Part shown: positions 40,014 to 48,687 of the stretch, piece after piece
Position numbering within the stretch: the stretch's first letter is position 1
Layout: the number at the start of each line of letters is the position of its first letter
Assembly (NCBI GenBank): GCA_964499705.1
Contig: CAZCME010000006.1
Span: 1-64,000 of the forward strand
Direction: 5' to 3'
DNA from: an uncultured bacterium
GTDB taxonomy: Bacteria > UBA8481
DNA: 64,000 nucleotides
The notes under the pieces: model-generated
The model's database searches: none
What the model was told of the DNA's origin: nothing
The model's input: only the letters and a program-made list of their open reading frames with translations
Program-made: the position numbers and the translations under genes

Positions 40014-40060
40014 GCCGGAGTTGCTTGACTGTAACAATGCAGCAGTGTGACACTACACGC

Positions 40061-41770
40061 ATGCAGAACTTCGTCTCCTTCACCGGCCTCTTCGTTCTCA
40101 TCTTCCTGGCATGGACGATCTCGGAGGATCGGAAGCGGTTTCCGTGGCGTGTCGTCACCTGGGGCTTGTTGCTCCAGGTCGTCTTCGGATTTCTCGTGCT
40201 GTGGTGGGAGCCGGGGAACAGGTTCTTCCTGAAGCTGAACGATGTCTTCAACGCGCTCCTCGGTTTTTCCCAGCAGGGCGCCGTCTTCGTCTTCAACGCG
40301 CTCTCCATTCCTCCCGGTCAGCCCGGATCGATGGGCTTCTTCTTCGCCTTCCAGGTCCTCACTACGATCATCTTCTTCAGCGCGCTCCTCTCCGTCCTCT
40401 ATTACCTCGGCGTCATGCAGAAGATCGTCCTCCTCTTCGCCAAGATCATGGCGCATACGATGAAGGTCTCCGGCGCCGAATCGCTCTCCAACTCGGCCAA
40501 CATCTTCGTCGGCCAGACGGAAGCGCCGCTCGTCGTCCGGCCTTACATCGAGAAGATGACGCGGTCGGAGATCATGGCGATCATGGTGGGAGGTTTCGCC
40601 AACACGGCCGGCGGGGTCCTCGGAGCCTATATCGCGATGCTGAAGGGGTATTTCCCCAACATCGCGTCCCATCTCATCTCAGCGTCGCTTCTCTCCGCGC
40701 CCGCGGCCTTCATCTTCGCCAAGATTCTCGTCCCGGAAAAGGAAACGCCCCTGACGATGGGAGAAGTGAAGATGGACGTGGAGATCGAGGACGCCAATGT
40801 CATCGACGCGGCGGCGAACGGAACGACCGTGGGATGGCAGCTCGCCATCAACGTCGCCGCGATGCTCGTCTCCTTCGTCGCGCTCCTGGCGATGATGAAT
40901 CTCGGCGTCTCCTGGTACGGCGACTTCTTCCGCACGTGGCATGGCTTCGCGTTCATCAACGCGATGGCCTCGGCGGCGATCCTGTCTTTCATCGCGATCG
41001 AGAAATTCGGTTCGCCCCGGGATGTTCTCACCTGGTCAACGCTCGCTGTCCTCGCCGTCGTCTGCATGGCCGCGAAGTTCCTCGCGCCGCAGCATGTCCG
41101 CTATTTCTTCCTCGTCGGCCTCTCCGCATGGCTCCCGATGTTCTTCCAGACCGACCGCCCGAAGACCATCGGCCTCCGCGGATGGGGCTCGGTCCTCGGC
41201 ATCATCGCGGTCTCCAACCTCGCCTATATCGGAATCGGCCCCCTGGAATCCAGTTCCACGCTCACCATCGAGCTCATCCTGGGCTGGATCCACTGGCCCA
41301 TCGCGTTCATCATGGGAGTGCCGGCCGCGGACTGTCTCACCATCGGAAAGTATCTCGGCGAAAAACTGATCCTCACCGAATTCACCGCCTACTTCCATCT
41401 CGCGGGCCATCTCGGCGAGATCGCCAAGGGCAACGCCGCGGCTCTCGATCCCCGTTCCATCGTCATCCTCACCTACGCGCTCTGCGGATTCGCCAACTTC
41501 GCCTCGATCGCGATCCAGATCGGAGGCATCGCGCCCCTGGCCCCGTCGCGCCGCCACGATATCGCTCGCCTCGGATTCAAGGCGATGGTCGGCGGAGCGC
41601 TCGCGACGTACATGATCGCGTGCATCGCGGGCATGTTCTATACGGGTCACTCCATGCTCGGTGACGTCCAGGCCGTGGCCCAGGAGGCGGCCGACGCGGA
41701 AACGACGCCGCCCGTTCCTCCCGACACAGAAACCGCGCTTTCTCCCGCGGATACCGCTTCCGTTCCCTGA
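40061..41770 (+). CDS. nupC: NupC/CNT concentrative nucleoside transporter with internal insertion
   Basis: FAFQVLTTIIFFS, SGAESL..ANIFVGQTEAPL, LILTEF.AY, YALCGFANFASIAIQIGG. Confidence 0.92.
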   Translation: MQNFVSFTGLFVLIFLAWTISEDRKRFPWRVVTWGLLLQVVFGFLVLWWEPGNRFFLKLNDVFNALLGFSQQGAVFVFNALSIPPGQPGSMGFFFAFQVLTTIIFFSALLSVLYYLGVMQKIVLLFAKIMAHTMKVSGAESLSNSANIFVGQTEAPLVVRPYIEKMTRSEIMAIMVGGFANTAGGVLGAYIAMLKGYFPNIASHLISASLLSAPAAFIFAKILVPEKETPLTMGEVKMDVEIEDANVIDAAANGTTVGWQLAINVAAMLVSFVALLAMMNLGVSWYGDFFRTWHGFAFINAMASAAILSFIAIEKFGSPRDVLTWSTLAVLAVVCMAAKFLAPQHVRYFFLVGLSAWLPMFFQTDRPKTIGLRGWGSVLGIIAVSNLAYIGIGPLESSSTLTIELILGWIHWPIAFIMGVPAADCLTIGKYLGEKLILTEFTAYFHLAGHLGEIAKGNAAALDPRSIVILTYALCGFANFASIAIQIGGIAPLAPSRRHDIARLGFKAMVGGALATYMIACIAGMFYTGHSMLGDVQAVAQEAADAETTPPVPPDTETALSPADTASVP

Positions 41771-41780
41771 CCGGCCATTC

Positions 41781-42425
41781 ATGATCGATTTTCTTCTCAC
41801 CGCCAAACATACGCTCTTCACCCCCGAAGGCCTGCAGCAGCTCATCGGCTCGTTCGGCCTGCCGGTCCTCATCCTCATTGTCTTCGCGGAAACCGGTCTC
41901 CTCGTGGGATTTTTTCTCCCCGGGGATTCGCTTCTCTTCATCGCGGGCTTCATGGCCGGCATCGGCGCGCTCGATTGCGGATTCCTGACGTTGAACGCCA
42001 CCCTCTCCGCCGCCGCCATCCTCGGCGACACGGTAGGCTACTGGTTCGGAACGCGGATGGGGCACGCGCTTTACACGCGCGACGACTCCTTCTTCTTCAA
42101 GAAAAAGCACGTGCTCCACACGAAGGCGTTCTACGAGAAGCACGGCGGCAAGACGATCATCCTGGCCCGGTTCGTTCCGATCGTCCGGACGTTTGCGCCG
42201 ATGGTCGCGGGCGTCGGCGAGATGACGTACGCGAAGTTCATCTCCTACAACATCTTCGGCGGGATCTTCTGGGTCTTCTCCATGACCGCGCTGGGTTACA
42301 AGCTGGGGAGCATTCCCTGGGTCGCGAAGAACCTGGAGAAAGCCGTCCTGGTCGTCATCTTCATCAGCGTGCTCCCCATCCTCATCGAGTACGTCCGGCA
42401 TCGGAGAGCTCAGACAGCTTCTTAA
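41781..42425 (+). CDS. dedA: DedA/VTT-family membrane protein
   Basis: VFAETGLLVGFFLPGDSLLF, ARFVPIVRTFAP. Confidence 0.93.
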   Translation: MIDFLLTAKHTLFTPEGLQQLIGSFGLPVLILIVFAETGLLVGFFLPGDSLLFIAGFMAGIGALDCGFLTLNATLSAAAILGDTVGYWFGTRMGHALYTRDDSFFFKKKHVLHTKAFYEKHGGKTIILARFVPIVRTFAPMVAGVGEMTYAKFISYNIFGGIFWVFSMTALGYKLGSIPWVAKNLEKAVLVVIFISVLPILIEYVRHRRAQTAS

Positions 42426-44031
42426 CGGCGCCCAGGAGTTCCTGCCGGGCGAGCGCGACGGCGTCCGGAGCCAGCACCGCGCGTTCCCAGGACAGGAGAC
42501 GCTTCATCCCGTCCTCGCTGCCGCAAGCATCCAGGAGTCGGGCGCGCACGGTCGACGGATCCGCGGCCCCAACCGGGCGATGGGAAGGCAAGGCGAAGCC
42601 GGCGCGAAGATGACGGTCCAGCGCCTGCTCCAGGGTCATCTCCTTCGCGCCCGCGATGTGAATGCCGCCTTCCGTGGCGTTGATCGTCGGCCACTTTTCC
42701 CGCGCCAATTCGGCCTCGAACCATTCCGCCCACCGCAGCATCTGCTCGGTCGTCCAGACGGTCCGCCCGCCCCAGCCCGCCTTCCGCACCGTCGCGCCTT
42801 TTCGGGCCTGCCACACGGTCTGTTCCGTCGTCTCGAATCGCGATCCGAATTCCCTCTGGTTCCTCGCGCCCTTCGTGTGCGTTCTCGCGCCCATCGCCAG
42901 GTCCATCCCCGCGAGGATCACGGGGCGTGCTCCCATATATCGCAGCAGATCATATCCGATCGTGGCGACGCTCCCGGACACGAGGAGCGATCCGAATTCC
43001 GCGCCGATCACGCGCTCGAGCTCCTTCTGCAGAGGATGCCCGTAGCTCGCGACATACCGCCTGCGGAACAGCGGAGGGATCGACGGGTGAACGACAGGGA
43101 CCATGACGAGCGAGGTCAGATCGTCGTGAATCTCGACACCGTGGAAATCGCCGACGTTCTCCTCCGTCGCATCCACCGCGATCACGATGTGCGGTGTGAT
43201 GCCGTGCTGATGAAGAGTACGGCACGCGGTGTCGACAGCGACGATAACGGCGCGGTCCTTCACGTTCCGGAGCTCCGCCACGTTCACGTCAAGCGATGGT
43301 CCGGCGCCCACGAGGATCCCGGGACGGCCGGCGGCGGCGGATCGGAGCGACGTGACGGGAGAGCTCGCGAGTATGGACGAAAGATTCGCCAGGATGTTGC
43401 CGCGCCAGATGTGCACGAACGTTTCGAGCGTCGTCCGGTTCCGCTCCGACACGACCGAGACCGAGTTCCATTCCGCATCGAACGCGTGATCGAACTCGGC
43501 GGAGAGAAGCATGACGGGATGCCGGAGGACGGCGTTGTGCGGCAGCACGACCAGGAGACGCCCCGCTTCCGTGCCGCAATCGTATCTCTTCCGGCAGCTC
43601 CGCGGAAACGCGCCCGGATCTCCGCCGACCTGGATCTCGACCCTCGGATCATCGAAGACGCGGCGCATGTCGGAGAAGCCGAGCATGAGCGCGAAGAGCG
43701 CCTTCTGGGGCTCGATGCAGACGATGCGCTCCAGGCTTCTCCGGGCCTGCGCCGCTTTCCAGAGATACCCGAGCCCCGCGCCCTTGACGACGACCAGCTT
43801 GATCTTCTCGTCGAGCTCGCCGATCTTTCGGCGGGCCGCGGCCGCGGGATCGGTCTCATCCTCCAGGGCCATCCGGGCCGAACCCGTCGCGAGGCGCAAG
43901 TGCGGGCGGCCGGTCGCGGATTTCTCCACGGTCACTCCCGCCAGGGACACTTCGACGCTCGCCAGGCTCTGCGCAAGCTCCGCATCCCGCCGCGCCAGCG
44001 CCTCGAGATTGCGCGCGTAGAGCTCGCTCAA
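42382..44031 (-). CDS. Maf/DUF115 motility-associated glycosyltransferase-like protein (paralog 4)
   Basis: VGAGPSLD.N, VAVDTA, GSVAT, LAGMDLA, INATEGG; TTGA coupling. Confidence 0.85.
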   Translation of the reverse strand: MSELYARNLEALARRDAELAQSLASVEVSLAGVTVEKSATGRPHLRLATGSARMALEDETDPAAAARRKIGELDEKIKLVVVKGAGLGYLWKAAQARRSLERIVCIEPQKALFALMLGFSDMRRVFDDPRVEIQVGGDPGAFPRSCRKRYDCGTEAGRLLVVLPHNAVLRHPVMLLSAEFDHAFDAEWNSVSVVSERNRTTLETFVHIWRGNILANLSSILASSPVTSLRSAAAGRPGILVGAGPSLDVNVAELRNVKDRAVIVAVDTACRTLHQHGITPHIVIAVDATEENVGDFHGVEIHDDLTSLVMVPVVHPSIPPLFRRRYVASYGHPLQKELERVIGAEFGSLLVSGSVATIGYDLLRYMGARPVILAGMDLAMGARTHTKGARNQREFGSRFETTEQTVWQARKGATVRKAGWGGRTVWTTEQMLRWAEWFEAELAREKWPTINATEGGIHIAGAKEMTLEQALDRHLRAGFALPSHRPVGAADPSTVRARLLDACGSEDGMKRLLSWERAVLAPDAVALARQELLGAVKKLSELSDAGRTR

Positions 44032-45728
44032 CTCCAGACCTTCGCCAGGAATTCCGCGGACGACCGGAGCGCCGCGAGGACCAGGGCGTCCCGTTGTTCC
44101 TCCGGAAGATCGGCCCCGCCGATGTATGCCGGAAGCGCGATCCAGCGCGCCATGGGCAGTTCGTCGGCGATCCGCTCCGGAGTCTTCGCCAGCACGCCGG
44201 CGCGGTCCGCGATCGCGCGCGTCCGCTCCCGCCATCCCGGCCGCACGATCGGACCGGCGCGCTCCAGGATGCCGCGGATTTTCCCCGCGGGATCCGTGAC
44301 GCTCCCCAGCAGCTTCGCGGCATCGCGGAGCCGCATCGGCATCATCCCCTTTTTTCTCGCTCCGCCTTCCGTCGCGTCGATCACTTCCGAGAAGGTTCTT
44401 CCGTATCCGCGTTCCATCGTCATCTCGTACCAGTGAAGGTATTCGCGGAGCACGGTGCTGGTTCTCGCCTTCCCGCCGTCCCAGGCATCCACGAGCACAT
44501 CTCCGTTGGCCGTGAAGACGCGGTTCACCATCTCACGGCCCAGGAACCGCGAGATGCCCCGCGCCGCGTCATCCTCGTAGCCCACTCCGCGCGCATGCGA
44601 ACGGCCATCGGTGTAGGCGAGATCCTGCCCCACCATGATGACCCTCCCGGCGCCCAGGATGTGCGCCAGGGAAAACGCATTCGTGGAGACGGATCCGCCA
44701 CTCTGCCAGGAAAACAGATCCTCGCGGCCGGCAATCTCCGCAAGGAGCCGATCCAGCGGCGTCACCATCCGCACCGGCTTGTCTTCGATGTCGTACGTGT
44801 AGTTGACCGTGCGGAGAAATGCCTTCGGCCCCGTGAACGCCTCGATGATTTCCGGGGAGGCGATGTGATCGACGAAGAGCATCGCGGACCGCGCCTCCGG
44901 GGAGAGACCGACCACGTCGAGAGAGTTCGCATGGTTGGCATCGACGGCGACCGCGATATCCGGAACGATCCCGGCCGCATCCAGCTTACGGAGAGCGGTA
45001 TCGACGGCGATGATGATGGCCTTGCCCTTCACGAGCGCCAGGTCCGCGACATTCCGATCGAGGGACGGCCCGGCCGCGACGACGACGGCCGTCTCCCCCG
45101 CCAGGGCATTCATGATTCCGGACGCATCCGGGGAGGACGCCCACGCTTCGAGATTGCTGCGGACAGTCTGCATCCAGATCGGAAAATGATGCGCGTACGA
45201 CAGGGCGTTCAGCGACATCTCCCGCTGGATATCGAGCGCCGACGACGCCAGCCGGCGGATCCATTTTTCATCGTCCGCATACGGAGAAGCAAGGATACGG
45301 ACGCGAAGATGCCGGAACGGATCCTGCGCGTTCCGGATCGCCGACATCATCCGGAATCCGTCGTCATCGAGAATGATGGTCACCCCATCCAGCACGCCGC
45401 CCAGGTCGATTTCCTCCAGCACCGCCTTCACAAGCGAAGCGTCCCGTTCGACGACAAGAAGAGGCCGCGCGGAAATGATTCTGAGATGAGCGGGAGAGAG
45501 CCCGAAAAGGACGGGAAGATCTCCACGGGAAATCGGTTGCGACTCCAGCCAGCGCGCGGCCTCCCTGGCGGGATCGTAACGCGACCCGAGCCATTTCCCG
45601 TCCGAAGCGCGCACCGGAACGGGCGCGCCGCTCTTCGACAGCTCGATCCGGTATGCGTCCGGCGCGTTCGCGATCCGCGCGAGAAAATCCGGCCGGGAGC
45701 GGAAGAAGGGGAGGTTGCAGGGATGCAT
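44028..45728 (-). CDS. Maf/DUF115 protein (paralog 3)
   Basis: SRYDP.REA, AAGPSLDRN, IAVDTA, GGSVST, VGQDLA, DATEGGA. Confidence 0.85.
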   Translation of the reverse strand: MHPCNLPFFRSRPDFLARIANAPDAYRIELSKSGAPVPVRASDGKWLGSRYDPAREAARWLESQPISRGDLPVLFGLSPAHLRIISARPLLVVERDASLVKAVLEEIDLGGVLDGVTIILDDDGFRMMSAIRNAQDPFRHLRVRILASPYADDEKWIRRLASSALDIQREMSLNALSYAHHFPIWMQTVRSNLEAWASSPDASGIMNALAGETAVVVAAGPSLDRNVADLALVKGKAIIIAVDTALRKLDAAGIVPDIAVAVDANHANSLDVVGLSPEARSAMLFVDHIASPEIIEAFTGPKAFLRTVNYTYDIEDKPVRMVTPLDRLLAEIAGREDLFSWQSGGSVSTNAFSLAHILGAGRVIMVGQDLAYTDGRSHARGVGYEDDAARGISRFLGREMVNRVFTANGDVLVDAWDGGKARTSTVLREYLHWYEMTMERGYGRTFSEVIDATEGGARKKGMMPMRLRDAAKLLGSVTDPAGKIRGILERAGPIVRPGWRERTRAIADRAGVLAKTPERIADELPMARWIALPAYIGGADLPEEQRDALVLAALRSSAEFLAKVWS

Positions 45729-45733
45729 GGAAG

Positions 45734-45791
45734 AAATCCTAAATCCTGAATCCGAAAACACGTGTGTGTTTGGATTCAGGATTCGGGATTT
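45734..45791. repeat. Heptamer-unit palindrome, family C
   Basis: AAATCCTAAATCCTGAATCC / GGATTCAGGATTCGGGATTT, 18/20 inverted match; fills the spacer between two maf genes. Confidence 0.85.
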
Positions 45792-47324
45792 TCACAGGAT
45801 CTCTTCCAACACTCTATCCGCCTTCCGAAGCTGGCCCAGCACCATCTCGAGGAGCTCGCCCTGCAGCGCTTCGCGCGTGGACGCCACGGCGGCCGGACGG
45901 ATGATCGGATCGAAGAATCCGGAGAGAACTCCGAACGCGGCCGCTTCTCCGGACAATGCCGCCTGCAATGTGACGCGCTCGGCCCTGAATGCCTCCAGGA
46001 TCCTCCTTGGATCGACCGGATGCGCGGTGAGCGGAGCGAGCCGCGACGGTTCATGATCGAGGAGCTTCTTGAGGTCCGACCGGGAAAGCACGGGCACACC
46101 CTTCAATAATCCGAAATCGGAAACGCGGAAGACATGCGACGGCGTGTCGCGGATTTCCCACAGCATCCATTGCGCGTACTGCGCGAGGTTCTGCTCGGTC
46201 TCGCATCCATCCTTCACGAGCGCGCCGCGGAATGCCTTCCGTTCCCGGGAGAAGAAGCGCGTCAAGGCCTCGATCTCGTGAGTCTCATAGGCGGTACCGT
46301 CGGCATGTCTCCGCCCCGCGCGGTGAGCGAAGTCGGCACCGACGAGAACGATGGGATCCGCGCCCATCCGCCGGGCGAGGTCGAAGGCGAATGTCGTGAC
46401 CGAGCCGCCGGATTTCAGGCGGGCGACCTTTCTCCCCAGCGTCTCGTCGAACCAGTCGAAGTGCGGGCCTCCCAGTGACATCAGGATCCGTTCGTCGGCG
46501 AGCGGCCAGAGCCGGGGCGGTACGACCGGCGCGCCGATCAGGCGACGGGGCAGCGCGGACGCGAAATGATCCAGCGTCCCCTCCTGGGCGTCGATCGAGA
46601 AGACCGCGTCGATACGCGCCCCGGAGCTCTGGACGGTGCGGTAGGCCGTGTCCACGACGAACCGGAGCGCGCCTGGAAAGGAGGCGAAGAGATCGAGGTC
46701 GTCCATGAGCGTCGGGCCCGCGGCAAAGATGAGGACGGGTTTGCCGCGCCAGGAACCGAACCAGTCCGAGACGTCGGGAAGCGCGGCCCACTCCCGATAA
46801 TTCCGGACGGAATTCTCCCACCAGAGAGATCCGAAATGCGCCGTCGACAGGAGCCCCTCGACCTGCATCGCCGCGATCCGGCCGATCATGTCGACGATCT
46901 CGGAGTAATAGACGGGATCCGTCTCCACGAGGCGCGAAAGATACCGGATGCACGCGATCTCGGCCGCGCCCACGCAGTGCGTGATCGCGGCGAAATTGGC
47001 GTCGCGGTTCCGGCCGGTGACATACGTGACGCCTTCGTCAGTCGGCAACGGCGCGCCGTGCTCCTGCGCGGTCCGCATCGCCAGCGAGTAGATCTCCGGG
47101 TCGGATTCGACGACGAGGATCTTCGCTTCGGGCAATTTCTGGCGGGCCGCGGACACGGCATAACCGAGACCCATGCCGAGAATGACGACAAGCGCCGGAC
47201 GGTCGGAGGCGATCGTCTCCACCTCCCGCTCGGCTTCCTTCACGGGATCGTACGCGGAATGAAGCAGGCGCTCGTCGATCTTTAGGGTCGGTTTTCCGGA
47301 ACGGGAAGGGATGACCTCGATCAT
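45792..47324 (-). CDS. Maf/DUF115 protein (paralog 2)
   Basis: LHSAYDPVKEA, GMGLGY, AAGPTL, VVDTA, GGSVTT, VGADFA. Confidence 0.85.
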   Translation of the reverse strand: MIEVIPSRSGKPTLKIDERLLHSAYDPVKEAEREVETIASDRPALVVILGMGLGYAVSAARQKLPEAKILVVESDPEIYSLAMRTAQEHGAPLPTDEGVTYVTGRNRDANFAAITHCVGAAEIACIRYLSRLVETDPVYYSEIVDMIGRIAAMQVEGLLSTAHFGSLWWENSVRNYREWAALPDVSDWFGSWRGKPVLIFAAGPTLMDDLDLFASFPGALRFVVDTAYRTVQSSGARIDAVFSIDAQEGTLDHFASALPRRLIGAPVVPPRLWPLADERILMSLGGPHFDWFDETLGRKVARLKSGGSVTTFAFDLARRMGADPIVLVGADFAHRAGRRHADGTAYETHEIEALTRFFSRERKAFRGALVKDGCETEQNLAQYAQWMLWEIRDTPSHVFRVSDFGLLKGVPVLSRSDLKKLLDHEPSRLAPLTAHPVDPRRILEAFRAERVTLQAALSGEAAAFGVLSGFFDPIIRPAAVASTREALQGELLEMVLGQLRKADRVLEEIL

Positions 47325-48682
47325 GTCGGTTCCGGTAGTAGAAATTTCGAGATCTTGCTGAGGTTCCGATTCGAGACGTCCACGAACGGAATCCCGCGCA
47401 GCGGAAGCGCCATGGGGGAAAGCTGGAGAAATTCGACGGAAGAGTGCCGTGTCGCCAATCCCTCGATGGCCCGGGCATACAGCTGCAGATTCCGCCGCGT
47501 TCTAATCGGCGTTCCCGTCACGGAGACTGCCTCGATGAATTCTCCCCGGCATCGCTGGAGCGAAGCCTCGATCGTGCCGAAACGGCCCATAGTCTCGACC
47601 ATCATCTGCTCGCTCGCCGTTCCGCGCGTATGAGTTCTCTCCGGTACTTCGGCGAGATCGACTCCCGCCAGGTATATCCGACGAGCGCCCGCGAGGACTG
47701 CCAGCCCGATCGCCGTCGTCGCAACGGTTCCTCCCGCCGGTAATGCGTTCTCATGGTTCGCTCCTCTACCAGGCATGCCTGTTCCAGGCCAGCCTGCCTC
47801 CGGATGCGCCGCGATCAGCCGGCGAGCCGCCAGAATAACCTCATGCGCCGTCGATGGAAAGACCACGACGGGAGGACGATCGTCGGGATCGAGCGTGCTC
47901 AACTGGATCCCGACCGAGGGCTGAGGGTCGGTGATGACCGCGAGATGAGGGATGATGCCGCGAGCGCGGAGCGGCAGCAGCGCCGTTCCGACGGCAATCC
48001 AGTTCGCATCCGCTCCGACGGCGCGAGAGATCGATTCCAGGGACGGACCGCCGCCCGCCACGATCACATCCTCGCCCGCCAGGATGCCGCGAAGGCGAGA
48101 CACGGGCAACGCGGCAGCGAATGATTCGCGGTTCAGCTGAATGTTGCGCTCGAAGTCATCCGCGAATCGGAAGGAGGAGCGGCGACGTATTTCGAAATCC
48201 TCGATCACGGAAACGAGCGCCTCGTAGCCCGGCGGAGGCGTGAGGCCGGGATGAGCCAGGCATTTCAGATCCGAGTCCAGTGCGGCGAGAGCGCGATAGA
48301 ATTCCTGGGCAGTGCGGCAGATCTTCCAGGCGCGCGTAGTCCCGGAGACGCCGACCACAACATTCGAAGTGATGACCTCGACGCGTTCATCCGAAAGATA
48401 CTCGCCGTGGCCCGATGCCATCACCGCATCGATCGCCCGTCCCTCCGGTTCCGCGATCACAAGTCGCCCATCCGGACCGCAGGCTCCGAGGATGGCGCGC
48501 GGCAGTTCTCCCGCTCCCATTCCCAGCAGAAGCACCTTGTCTCCCGGTTCCAGTTTCGCATCCGCGACCCGTCGTGATGCGTCCTTCTCGGGATGAAAAC
48601 GGCTCTCGGCCCACGATCCGTCCGGCCGCACCAGGGCGGGCCTGCCGCTTCGGGCCGGTTGAACGGAGTAAGCCCCGGTCAT
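47321..48682 (-). CDS. Maf/DUF115 protein (paralog 1)
   Basis: ESRFHPEKDA, GGGPSL, AVGTAL, GGTVAT, LAGVDLA. Confidence 0.8.
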   Translation of the reverse strand: MTGAYSVQPARSGRPALVRPDGSWAESRFHPEKDASRRVADAKLEPGDKVLLLGMGAGELPRAILGACGPDGRLVIAEPEGRAIDAVMASGHGEYLSDERVEVITSNVVVGVSGTTRAWKICRTAQEFYRALAALDSDLKCLAHPGLTPPPGYEALVSVIEDFEIRRRSSFRFADDFERNIQLNRESFAAALPVSRLRGILAGEDVIVAGGGPSLESISRAVGADANWIAVGTALLPLRARGIIPHLAVITDPQPSVGIQLSTLDPDDRPPVVVFPSTAHEVILAARRLIAAHPEAGWPGTGMPGRGANHENALPAGGTVATTAIGLAVLAGARRIYLAGVDLAEVPERTHTRGTASEQMMVETMGRFGTIEASLQRCRGEFIEAVSVTGTPIRTRRNLQLYARAIEGLATRHSSVEFLQLSPMALPLRGIPFVDVSNRNLSKISKFLLPEPT

Positions 48683-48687
48683 CAACG

